A stretch of DNA of 64,000 nt from Tubulanus polymorphus (lineage: Eukaryota; Animalia; Nemertea): contig NC_134035.1 of the NCBI RefSeq assembly GCF_964204645.1, positions 5,332,001 to 5,396,000 on the forward strand, written 5' to 3'. Under the pieces are notes generated by a model, which did no database searches, was not told the origin of the DNA, and saw only the letters and a program-made list of their open reading frames with translations. The stretch's first letter is position 1. Each line of letters begins with the position of its first letter. A program made the position numbers and the translations under genes. Of this stretch, positions 49,201 to 62,100 are shown piece after piece.

Positions 49201-50970
49201 TGAAACAAAACACGATCACAAGTCATTTACCACTACGATATATGCATACCATCTCCAAAAATATGTTTTATTTTGATAGTTCGCATATTGGTCAGATTCC
49301 TGAAATAGCTGATAAAACTCAACCATAGTGGATTTTACGCGGCACGAGGGCTGCCCGGGCGCAAAATTGAAATTAGGGGCGTTCATATCCCATAACTGTA
49401 CGGGCTTCATACCTGCCCAGTTGAGTAAACGATACTTAAAAGAACGTTGAAAATGAGAGAAGATTGTCCGCACAAGTTATATTCACAGATCATCACAGCT
49501 ACGTAGTTTAGATAATTCACTATAACATATATGCAACTGCGAAAAGGGACTAGCTAACTTACTATCAGAATATGTGTAATCTCCATCAATGTCTAGTTCA
49601 CGTTCGGACGTTCTTTCCAGCCCCTGCGAAAAAATAATTCACGCGTATCTTATTTACAAAAACATATATAAGTTAACACGAGGTAAAATTTATACGACTG
49701 TTAAATATGGCGTCTAAATTTAAAATGGCATCAAAACAAAATTTGAAATATACAATTTTGCCAGATCGTGATCGAGGTTTAAGGAGACTGCCACATTTTC
49801 TCAGCGGTTTTCTATTATTTATTACAACCTTACCCAAGGAGCGTTGTTCTGGGTTGTACATCCAGCTGGCAGGTAATTGTGTTCAACTTCAACATCGAAA
49901 ATTTGTTTGTCTTTACCGAGGTCTTTACCAATCCTTGAACATTTTAAATGTCTTTTTCAAATGACGGACCGAAAGGCAGAGACTCTGTCGTTAGAATCTA
50001 AGAAGTTGACTTAAGCTAATCGTGAATTATGAAAATCGTTTTGCATGAATTATTATTATGCGAGGTCGATTCTGGGAATTTACGATACTTACGATTCGGG
50101 TCCAGTTATTCTTAGCACTTTCATATCAGACACGTGCATTTCGGATATTTCGCAATCGCTACATTTATTCTTCAACGAGTTTACAATTCCCTCAACTAGT
50201 AAAAGGTTTAAGAGAAAGTTATGGTAACGAAATCGTAAGAAAGTAGGTACAGTACATACTATGGTGGCAAATCAGGGACATGCACGGCTAGAGGAACGGT
50301 AAAAACATTTTCACATTGGCCCATTTTCTCGCAAAACTTTTTTGAACGAGATTTTGGTGTCTTGCGCGAGAAAACGACGCATTTCTACGAACAAATTGGT
50401 AAATGGCCCACCACATAAATTCCAGAATAAATTTCCATCGGAAACCACGCCCAAGCGACAAAACACGCCGAGATCTATCACCAGGAAAATTTTCAGGGCG
50501 ATACGTCCAGTAACGACGGAGAAGTCGGTACGAAAATTCGGTATTATTATATAAGATATGGCTCGAATCAGCCACCAAAATATAGGCCTACTTAATATTT
50601 ACAGGAACATAATTTGAAATGTATCGTCCTGCGCTGGGAATTTGTCCCCGCAAAACTATGCTTACCTCCGCTCTGATCAACATTTCCTTTTACTTCAGCA
50701 AGAAAACTAACTTTCGCAGCATAGATAAATCCAACTGGAAAAAGATCAATTCATCATTTTTCCCCAGCTAAAAGCTATTACAGTTATTTAACATGTGTAT
50801 ATGTTTCCATTGATTGGCAAGGGCGAAATTCGAATGTGCCCTCCAAAAAGTCTGAAAAATTGCTATTTTTGAATTTTTCATTGAACGAAAATAAGAATAA
50901 TATCACCTTGAAAAGAAAGTGCCGTCAAAACGAGCCGCGATATCAACACTGGTGTTCGAAGAGCGTCCAT
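46289..50970 (-). CDS. Secreted subtilisin-family (S8A, proteinase K/aqualysin-like) serine protease, 396 aa, 14 exons: 50970-50907, 50734-50666, 50195-50093, 49933-49834, 49623-49563, 49199-49160, 49069-49003, 48922-48856, 48773-48611, 48101-47961, 47759-47620, 47119-47094, 46822-46743, 46358-46289
   Basis: In-phase GT-AG model of 1191 nt. Signal-like MDALRTPVLISRLVLTALSFQVGFIYA, a propeptide, then NAPWGLER, GQGVDIYILDSGI (Asp), FGHGTSVAS (His), INMSL, SSAGN (oxyanion Asn), ACSYSPA, FSNFGRCVTILAPG, SGTSFSSPHVAG (Ser) and TPNALAF. The first three exons are less certain. Confidence 0.9.
46945..47044. repeat. ~100-bp inverted-repeat element in a subtilase intron
   Basis: AAAATGGGC / GCCCATTTT ends, with inner ATGGGCGTA...AGGTCG / CGACCTACGCCCAT. 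Confidence 0.55.
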
Positions 50971-52904
50971 GGCGTCGGTTTGAAACGTTCAAAAATAAAC
51001 TCGTCATTTTATACGTGACAGAAGACGCAGTAAAATACGTGTGTGCGTTGCAGAGATGACGCACGGCGAGGAGGCGTGGTCTCTGAACATCCAAACAGTT
51101 TACTTCAGGTACATTCCATCAATCTTAAAATGCATCAATTTCATATTTCATACATACACGTATCTGACATATTGTTGATTTTGAGAAAAAGGCCGAAGGA
51201 ACTTTATTTTGTTATTCGGTTCTGATATCGGTATTGCTTCACGCCTTCAATTAATATTTTAGATGTTTTTTAAAGATCTTTATGTCGAATCGTTCGCAAC
51301 GATAATCAAATCTCATTTCTTCGCTAGAAAATTAACAAATCCTTACATGTTACATATTCTTTTTATATCTTCACCCGCAGTAAAGATGTTGATGGTGCCT
51401 TCGATTAATCTAATTCGATTAATCTAATTGCATACATTAATCGTGAGCACAGATACATTCAAATCCAACAAAAGCCCACTATGTTTTTATCATATAATCG
51501 TTCCCTGAATGTTCTATGAGTTTTTTTTGTCATGGTTATTCAGTCATCCCAACTTCTTAATGTGGGATTAAACTGTGCCGGTCTTTTTACATACTGTCAT
51601 AGAAATCCGCAATAAATCCGCAATTGAAAAATGATAACCATTTTCGAGCAGTTCGTAAATCTGTATTATTCCACAGAAAAACTCGGTGAAAAATGCATAA
51701 ATCTCATTCAAACATGACTGATGGGTGATGCTTATGCGGGTTTGGACAAGATAACAGACTATATCATGATTTATTTCCTAGTGTCGCCGTCGCTTTCTAT
51801 TTCAATTACAATTCGACACAACCTTCAATATATGAAACCTTTTTAACGGCAAAATCATCCAAAAGATACGAATCGCATTCTAGCTCATTTGAAGTCAACG
51901 CACGGTCAAACTCCGTACAACAGCTTGCGATGTTTCTCTGGAACCAGTTAATTTTCTAAAGACGTCAATCCTACTTCATAAATCATAGCGCCGGAGTAGC
52001 GACAACCGGCTAGAATTCGCCGAGCCGCCGTCGTGATAGGCCACGAACCGATAAACGAATCACGCGAAACAGCAATCATTCGATCCAGTTTATAGTTTCT
52101 TTATAGTCGCATACGTTGTAATGAGTTATTTTTTCTCATCCCAGTTTCGTTCCCACTTTTTCAACTGTGGCGTTTGATTGAGTAGAGATGTTATCAATGC
52201 TTATACCTTAAACCGTTGAAGAAACACTCCCGAGTCCGTGCTGTGACTATAGAGAATACCAGACATTAATGAAAATCCGAAATGTTTCCCTTGAGGTAGC
52301 GGTTCAATACGACTAATACAAAAACGTATATATATCCTAATATCCATCTTCAGGGACCGGTTCCATAGTCATGGCTTAGACTTAAGACCAGTAAGCCTTA
52401 ACTATTTAACCGGCCCCCGGTGTATAAAATACTTATACCAGTAAATCCACCTCACTCCCAGATATACACAATGATATTCATGCACTCTAAAATGAATTCA
52501 GAGTCCATGATAATTATACCCAGCGGTCTGTGAAGAAGAGTCAGTCCATGACAAAAGGAAATCTATCAACCCAAGCACTGAATTTGCCAAAAACCTTGTC
52601 ACTACTGTACTTAATGTATAGAATCAACGCGACGAAACCTTCATCGGAAAATAGACTTATTGAGCTACACTGAACTATTGAGAAACAGATGAAAATTCGT
52701 CGAATTAAGCATCCGTCGAGCTATAGACAAACACCTTAAGCCTTCAATTCATCACGTAGAATCCAAAATGAACAACAAAAACAGAAAAACAAGAAACAAC
52801 TTGATATAGTTAACGATCACAAGGCGTTTATCATTACAGTATTTACTGGACAAAAACAACTCTCAGCAGTGAGTGAAATATCACTTATCAATCAGTCAGC
52901 ATAT

Positions 52905-53290
52905 CTATAGATCACAATATCATTACTGAACCTAGATCTATATAGTAGATCACAATATCATTACTGAACCCAGATCTATAGTAGATCACAATAGCATTAC
53001 TGAACCCAGATCTACTGTTGATACAAACTAGTGAACTGGGTCCAGGGATAGTAAATATAGATCACAATTTCATTACAGGACCCAGATCTATTGTTTATAC
53101 TAACTACTGAACTGGGCCCAGGAATAGTTAATATAGATCACAATTACAGAACCCAGATCTATCGTTAGTACTAACTACTGAACTGGGTTCAGAGATAGTT
53201 AATATAGATCACAATATCAATACAGGACCCACATCAATTGTTGATACAACCTACTGAACTTGGTCCAGGGATGGTTAATATAGATAACCA
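52905..53290. repeat. Tandem repeat: ~36-bp units expanding into ~75-bp units
   Basis: TAGATCACAATATCATTACTGAACCCAGATCTA x3, then the same unit extended by TTGATAC.ACTACTGAACTGGGTCCAGGGATAGTTAATA x4. Confidence 0.85.
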
Positions 53291-53517
53291 TTATATAGAA
53301 GTTGTAGAACTCAGTTGTGGGTTAGTTTTAACTCCAAACTTGATAACAAATGTTGAACTGGGTCCATGGATACATTTATAACATTTCAATATACTTCAAT
53401 ACGATATATGATTTATAACGACTAAACATACATATACACCCCTAGTTTATCACACGGCTGTAAGGCCTACAGTTACAATGAATAGGTCTTCAGGTTCTAC
53501 TCAATATAGGAGGACCT

Positions 53518-53654
53518 GGGGCCTGGTTGCTCAAAAGTTGGTTAAAGATAACCAGTGGATAGATAATACCATATCAACAATGACACTTTAATTGTCACTA
53601 TATGTCAACTATCTACCGGTTAATTCTAACCAACATTTGAGCAACAGCAGCCCC
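53518..53654. mobile_element. MITE family A, copy 4
   Basis: GGGGCCTGGTTGCTCAAAAGTTGGTTAAAGATAACC...TTTGAGCAAC...GCCCC. Confidence 0.8.
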
Positions 53655-54324
53655 AGAACTATCATATCAGTTCTAACAAAGACGCGTTATCACCCAGAAC
53701 AAAAAGAATAGAAACAATTTTCTTGTATCCTTTAAATAACGATCAACTCTTCTAACACACATATAGAAATGTTTTGTCAACAACAATCTTATCAACAATC
53801 TGGACGGAGTTTGAAAGATAGATTATTCGTTCGCAATCATTATTTTCTATCTACTATATACATGTATGTAAATAAAAATACCATAAACCTCGCAATTCTT
53901 GAGACTTGTCTGATATCTGGTGAGGAATGATGTCATTTCCTAGGGAAAATAATTGGCAATGTTTGGATTTTTCGCAGACTTTAGTCTCAGCACGCGATAT
54001 TCCGACACCTACCATACATATAATATCCAATTAACTGAACAATATTAGTGCACTTGCACTGATGAACATATTAGCCTCATTATACAGTAGAATGCATATT
54101 ACTTGGGAGCCCATTGCCTCGATTAACGCGTGCGTGCCTCATGGGCAGATCCAGGGAGTTCATAGCCGAGCGTTCATAGTTAACCCCCGCAAAAACCTCC
54201 AAAAAAAATTGGGATCTATCTTTCCAGGATAAGGGGGTAAGAATTGAACTTATTGTATAAGCCTAGCGACCCACTGTAAATACTTCAGCAAATTATACGT
54301 AGCCCCATCGATACACATCAGGAT

Positions 54325-54425
54325 CCAGTTCCACAGTTCTGAGTTAGGGTAAACTCTGAGTTAAAATTAGTTCATTTTCATTGTTTTAACTCAGTCAAAA
54401 CTCAACTCACAGCTGTGGAACTGGG
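54325..54425. mobile_element. MITE family B
   Basis: TIRs CCAGTTCCACAGTTCTGAGTT / AACTCACAGCTGTGGAACTGG; related copies at ~30402-30517, 38256-38357 and 44410-44495. Confidence 0.7.
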
Positions 54426-56166
54426 CCCAGAATGCTTCTCAGAAAGCCCAATTCTGAACATTGTCAACAATTTGTATAAGTGTGACGTTAAATTCCTGGA
54501 TTCGTCCCTACGCCTGACCATATATTTTCTAATTTTCTCGCTTAAATTCATCACGACCCATCCCTGCTCAAACTGCCCAGGAAATCATAGGTCCCTCCGG
54601 GTCCGAGCCGAGTGCAGTACACAGTATACAGTGTCACCTTAACAGTTTCGTTCTATACATCGTCGCGTACGTAATTTTTACATCGTATTCATTGATTGAG
54701 ATCACACAAAATAAATATATCATAAATACATAACACCTTCAACACCTGCAACGTGACTGTAATTGCTATATCTATGGTTGAAGGCTGAACAATATTTTTG
54801 ATTTTTAAAACATTAAAAGAAAATGAAAATGTTTCATCAATAAACTGGACCGGTATAAGTCCATATAGTACATATAACACAAAACATTTCATAGACACAG
54901 AGATCATAGTTGTTTAGAACTGAAAATGCACACAGCCTGTTCAACATTACAAGAGTGTAAAGATAATGAACTGAAAACTTCAAGGCAATCTGAGGCACTT
55001 GAAAAAAGGCTCTTTCGACAAAAACTCCTCAACTCTAGAACCATTTCTACAGTTATTGGCGAGTCAAGAGACACATTCTAACTCACAACTATAGAACTGT
55101 AGTCTATATATAAGGCTTATTTACCTTTTTTTATCATCGTAAAGTCAGAGAAGGAAAGGCCATTTTACGAAGCTTTCAGAAAATTTGTCATGTGTCAAGT
55201 TAATATTGCTATAAATTCTCTAAGACTTGATTTGCATAAATTCACATCATAAACGTGTGGCACCGCGAATTAATATATGAATAGGATTGTGTAAATACAT
55301 TGTCATATAGTTTATCTAAAAATCTTCAGCACTTTAATATATAATCAATGGACGGACTTCTCTTTAAAGTTTTTCTAAATAAATGCATAAAATACAGTTT
55401 TAAAATAAAATAATGGACGGATTATTGTTAAATGAAACAAAATACATTAAAGTTATTGATAAGTTAATTACAGATAAATTCGATGCTAGTGCGATGACAA
55501 ACAGCACCAACTTAAGCCTTTAAACTCATTGTGATTAAATAATTCATTGAGTACATTAAGAGGAATGCACCAAAAAAACAAGGCATGATGATATTCTCAA
55601 TGAGTTGCTGCCAAGCAGTCTATTGTTTTTTATTGGAAAATTTTCAACACGTTTCGACCAAATGACAGTGGAAAAAATATACAGAAAATTCAATATCCGA
55701 TGACTGGAAATCTGTTAAAATAATCTTATATTGCTTATGATAGTAACTGTAATATTGCTTTCAAACCCGATAATTTGGGTCAAAGTTTAGATACGTTTGA
55801 TAAATCCCTCGCATAGTGTAACACATGTTATATCTCCTTAGCAGTAAAGCGGCCAAAGTATAAGGCTTCAAATTATGGAGCCAGTGGAGTTAAATTAGTC
55901 CATTTTCAATAAGTTAACTCTGAACTCACTAGTGTAAAACATTGTCCCTGATCTTTGAATGAATATATTTACATCCAGCAGAATTAAAGCCACAAATCTA
56001 ACACAACTGCCGAACTGAGATCTGGGGTCGTTTCAGATTATTCATGGGTCATAGTAACGCAATACTATTGAAACGAATTATCTTGCAAAACGGCCCCGAC
56101 TTCAGAGAGAGAGTGGGAGAGAGATCACTAGACAACGATTGACGCCATCGGAAAAACTGGAGCATT

Positions 56167-59100
56167 TCAAAACACTCCCTCCAAATCAGCCGGCGGCGAC
56201 TTTTTCTTCTTCTTCTTCGACGCCGAAGTTTGCGGAGTCGCCAGCGAAGTCAAACGCGCCGGTTTACGAATCGGTAAATCTTCGAGCGTGTTAATCTGTC
56301 CATGTACGTGCGCCGCTCGCAGCTTCTCGTTCGACATTGAACCATTGTGTTCGCCGCCATTGGCAACGGTGCCGTTTTGTTGCCACGATAACGCAGTACG
56401 ACTGCCGTTCATGTTGAAATTTGACGGTGGTGGCCCGGCACCAGCTGATAGAGTCTCACCTGAAATATAAACAGCAGAAAAAGTTATTAATCAATTCAAA
56501 ATAAGTGATGAATTTCATAAATCAATATGATTTTAAATTATGAAGACATAATAAATCAAAATCAACTTCAATATGACCCTCTCATATAAATACGGGTAGA
56601 AATTGCAAAATCAAATGATATGAAATCTAGTTAGATCTTTGATGACTACATAAATAGATAGAGTTCAACACGATTATTTCTATTCGTACAATTAACGCCA
56701 GTTCTTGTTGTCAGACACTTTCAATGCGATTCACATTTGTCTAAATTTCTAAACTACATGTACAAAGGATTGTGTTCTTGTAAAATTCAACAGTTTCCAC
56801 AATTCAAATTTTCTAAATACTCATAAATTTTGTGGGTAGCATCGTTAATAACAAACCACGAGTTCCGTATTGTTGGGTGAGAATTTGATTCGAACGGCGA
56901 CTCTGGAAATAGTTGGTAGCGACGTCGTCGTTTTTCTGACTGAGTATCTACAAACGAACAGACAGAATTTCTAAGTAAAGCATTTAGGTGGTGCTAATCC
57001 AAATCAAAAAGGATTTTATTCGGGGGGGCAATTGTCCTGGGGGCAATTGAACATATTGAATTACCACAGCTTACTAAAAATCACTGAGTCCGAATTCTTA
57101 CAAGCCGGGGAGCTGCAGTTGCTCAAAAGTTGGTTAGAGTTAACCATTGGATAGTTGACATAGTGACAATTAAAACGGCATTGTAACCATGGTACTAATC
57201 CGCAGGTTATGTTTAACCAACTTTTTAGTAGCAGCTGCAGCCCCTGAATGTGTGTTTTACGTACCATACGATAACGATCATTTTCATGATACTCTCCGTT
57301 CTGTTTCAGACGTTTATCATTTGTTCGTCCGCCGGGCACCGGCATCCCTGATAAGAGTAATCAAATAAAACTAGTTAATGATAAACAAATAGGTTTTGAG
57401 ATTCGATCTGAAACGTCCATCAGTGGACTAGACTTGCTTTTTCCCAGACTATTCACTGACATGCGCGTAGTTTTCCCTGACTTGATCGACAGGCGCGGAT
57501 CCAAATTTTTAATCGTTTTCTTGAAGGAATGTACTCAAGACAAAGCGGGCGAACAGTACTACATAATCGGTACCATATCATCTTATGTTTGGCCAAACAA
57601 TTAGCCGTATAGGCCCCCTAACAGAGATTTTAGTCGGCAGTTTAACATTTACATTCTTTATGAACTCCTCCTGGAAAAAATCCTGGATCCTGGATCCTGA
57701 TCTGCTAAAAATCCAATCCATCAATTAACACAGTCAAATATGTACGTACAACATAGATGGAAACTGTTTGATTTTAGCAATCTCGACAAATTTACTTTGA
57801 AAAAATTCCTTTGCTTTGAAAATTCCTTGACTTTTCCCTGATTTCCAATAAACCGGTAAATGACCACCCCATTATTTTTCAACAAATTAACTGATATAAT
57901 TTCACTGACCTGTTGGTAAAGCTGTTTTCTCGACGATCAACTGTGGCACGCGCCATCGTTCATTCTCCTCGTCCCAGACGCACTCTGTTTTCACGCGATC
58001 CAGGTTGCTATAGTTACAATCTCGACGGATGCACGGATGAATTTTATCGATGATCGATTGTAATAACTTGATCTGTTTGTCTTGTCGACGAATCGAGTCA
58101 AGGTAGTCGATTCGATCGAATTCGAATTCCGATTGTAAATCGACGATTTCTCGACGTAAAGATTCCGTCTGCCAAAAACACATAATATTCTCAGATTAAC
58201 TTCGTGTAACAGAACTATCTTAAAACTGGTATCAAGATTTTAGATTGGTTATAGAACTAGAATCCGCTTAGCCTTAAAAAGAAGTCTTCATTACTCGAGA
58301 AACCAATGACTCGTACCCTTTGTTTTTCTTTATCGAGAAGTTTATTTTTGATTTTAAGCTCGTCTTGAATAGAGTCGAATATTCCTTCCATAATACCGTC
58401 GTCTTCTAGATGACTATTGGCCGCTGAAAAAACCATAACAAACATCATCATCGTTGTCAGAGTTTAAACTGAAGAAGGCACTGAGCAAAATGATTCATTG
58501 AGAAAGTATTGAAAATTTCAGAAAGCTTTGTGGAGATTCCAGGGAAATTCGCTTCCGTGTAACAAGCCTTTAATGGAATAAATCATTATATAAAACTCAA
58601 GCGATTACAGTAAACCGGTTACAAGAATGGTCAGTATTTACCGGCTAGTTTGATTTTGCGCTCTTCAGCGTGTTTGCGTTTAACTCTGCGACGTTCTTTC
58701 ACTTCCAGATTGTTCGCCGCTTCTCCACCAACCATTTGACTCTGAAGTTCTTGCAGTCTACAAACAATTACAGTTTACAGTTCAAATGACAGTGACCTTC
58801 ATATTACCAACTCGGATATAAAGATTGAGATATTCATTCTTCCAAGTTTTGATCGTCCACACTTTGCCTGTGTCCAGGACATCGACTGAGACATTTCTAA
58901 TTGAAAATGAACTACGAACACCAGACTAGACATTTTATCGGCACGCTTTCGAAGCTAAACATTCACACTTCAGATATCGTTTCAATCGAAAATGAACTAA
59001 AAACAACACCAGACATTAGACATTTCAAGAAGGGACCAAAATCTCTACAACAAAAGTGAAATTTGAAATTGGAATCTTTCATGGTGTGGTAGGTATGTGA

Positions 59101-62100
59101 ATTGCTTCAAACAATTTTCAACCAGGACACAAGCATGAACAAAAACATAACTCAGGGTCTAAAATGTGTGCTTCACAACAATGAAGGTGCTGTAATTAGA
59201 AGATTGAAATTGTGTTTTTTTTTAGTGCTGACAATCTCAACATGCTGACAAAATTACGGTTATCACTGGAAACATTTTATTAGTCTGTTATAAAAAAACC
59301 ACCCTTCACCAGGAAAAATATCAAGCGTATTTTTTCTATCATTGAGAATATTCAGTAAATCATGGCATATATATTTTGACATTCTCAAACAAAGACTCAA
59401 TAAACAGACATTGAGGGATATAGGGTGAAAAAAACATATACTAAAAAGGAATACATAAAACAGTGATGACATCGGATCCCGAGTATTTTATTTCAATATG
59501 GCAGCCTCCAGCGAAAAAGAGGTCTCGTGAATTTGCCCTACATTGAGACAATTGCATTGGAACCGTACCCAAATCATACCCGCAGAACAGCTGGGGTATA
59601 TGATTTAGGGCACAGTTCCAAGGAAATTGTCACCTTACTGCAGTTGCTCAAAAGTTGGTTAAAGATAACCAGCGGATAAATACCTTAATAACAAAGAACT
59701 TTCATATGTTACTCTGTCAGCTATCTGCTGGTTAACTCTGACATTTGAGCAACTGCAGCCACAGATGGGGGCTATACATTTTAAGGTACTGTTCCATGGT
59801 TTCAGTACATATAATGTCACCTTATATCCCTTTTGGGAGAGCAATCAGTGAGTGTGCATTGAATGAACATAGGTGGACAAAAAGTACGACATTCTTCAAA
59901 TATACAGTCATCGGTTACCTTAATAAAGCCTCATCTTTACTAGCTACATTGCCTTCATTCCTACATTCATACATATATGTTTATTCTTAATACATCGGAA
60001 AACATTTTTGCTAAATTTCTTGAAGAAACTTCTTCTATCGATTCATTCGGTGCTTGTTCTAGATATTATTGTCAAAGTCAGAGTGAACCATTAAGTATCA
60101 GTGTGAAATGCAGTTAACATACGTGATACACATATCCACATTAGTATCAAAAGCATTCACAAGTTACGCAGGCCTGAAAATCATATCCCAGTCGTACAGT
60201 CGTGACTTCGGTCCAGAAATTGAAATACAGCTAATATCAATACACTTGCTATAACCCATATGAAAGCAAAGGTGACTTAGTCCGGTATTACATACCATAA
60301 CTAATGAAATTGGCTGTAGAACCAAAATCAGCTAAAACTGTCGATATGATAAGATTGTCACAAATTCTTTTAAGATTTGGTCCTAAAAATACTGACTACA
60401 GAACCAAAATGTCTTTTCCACATATCAAACACAATAAGTGATTTACATGACAGAAAAGATTTAAAATCCTCTGATATTCTTTTGCCGGTATGTTCGGCAA
60501 ATCTCCGGCACTTGTCGGTAAACTAACAAAAAACCTCTAAACCTAAGCCTTGACTGTGCAACTGATCGCTTAAAATCACGTTCTTAATCTGCAATATTCA
60601 TCATATGAAAACTCACTTTTTCAAAGCCTCCTCGTGTTGATGAATGATAGCCGTCTGCTCGGGAGTCGCCGTCGATGAACTGGTAGCGAGGATTGGAGCG
60701 AGATCGACGTCGTGTTTCGTCGTACCGAGGTGAACAGCGTGCTGTCGCGCCGCTGCTGGTGCCGGTGACTGCGGTGAATACGTCTCCCCTTGACGATCCT
60801 GAAACATACCGGTTCTATAATTGAGGAGTATTTCGAATATTTCAGGAACGTGGAAATTTTACCAAAAAAACCTCGGGCTTAGTTTCCGAATTCTAAAATT
60901 GTAAACAGAATTGATGGAGAGATTGGTATTTTTCAGTAAAGATGGGCCAAAGATTTTTTTGGCAATTTTTACACCCAAAAGGAGGGACTTTTTGACTGAG
61001 AAAGAAGTTCTTTCCAATAAAATGAGCACCCGTGAGGAAGCATTTTCGCAATACCTTCACCAAGAAAAATACATATTGCAGCCCAATTATTCCCATTCAA
61101 AATTGTGCGCAAAAAATCAAATTTGGGGTGGAAGGACTTATTCATCAAAGAAAGGACTAAGAGTCAAAAAGAAGGACAAAGATGACGTTTGTCCAAACTT
61201 TTTCCAAAAGAAAGACAAAGAAGGACTTAAAGGCTTGGACTGGTCGTGAGTCGAAACCTTGATAGACAAGTTTTACAATACTACAATACTTACAGCCATA
61301 CTCAAAACACTATCAACTCCACGTCCGACTTCGTCTGTAAATATATACAAATACATACACTTCAGACGCTGCTATGCTTCGAAAATTCAGAATTTATTTG
61401 TCGAGTAAGAAACTGGGAATCTGGATTATTGTAAACACACTCACGTCCCCCGTCATCCCCTTCAACGATTACGACGGAATGTTCTTCAATTTCCGGCGCC
61501 GATGAGACTTCTGAATTAACGCTCTGCACGGTCATCGCTCGCGGCGCAACTGAAGAAGAAAAAATACAATGAACTCGTCGACGAAATACGTGACCGACGT
61601 GGAGGCATCGGACAGCGGAGTCGAGCTTTAGTCGTAGAATACACGACGATTTAGTTTTAATGCTGTCCATATCGGAAATTAGGTGAAATGAATATCAATT
61701 GCAACTGATACTTGAAGAGTCGAAAAACCACAATAAGTAACTGTATAATGAATACAAATTATGTGCAGATTATACACAGTGAGGTATACGCCTTTAAATG
61801 ATAAATGAAAATAAAATAAAATCAGGCAAGAATGTCACACACAGGAGTCGTTTGAAATATAAAACAAGCAAAGGAAAAGTTCAGTGGCGTTGGAATCGTA
61901 GCGACTGCAGCGGAAAAAGCCTTTTTTTTCTATACTATTTGACAAAATTGAAGTAAATTCGACGCAGCAATATCAGAACCTGTCAAAAATCGGCAATTGG
62001 CTGCGGCAATCAACAATTGCTTCCAACGCGCCTGAAGTTGAAATCAATTCAATGGCAACTCTGGCCCACAGAACAGGTCCGGCAATATAAAATCATAGCC

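Noticed and set aside
49333-49425. Two intronic hairpins as an H/ACA snoRNA
   Set aside because: No H box or terminal ACA in the host-sense orientation.
57390-57430. Hammerhead ribozyme (…GATCTGAAACGTC)
   Set aside because: No CUGANGA core in the required position.
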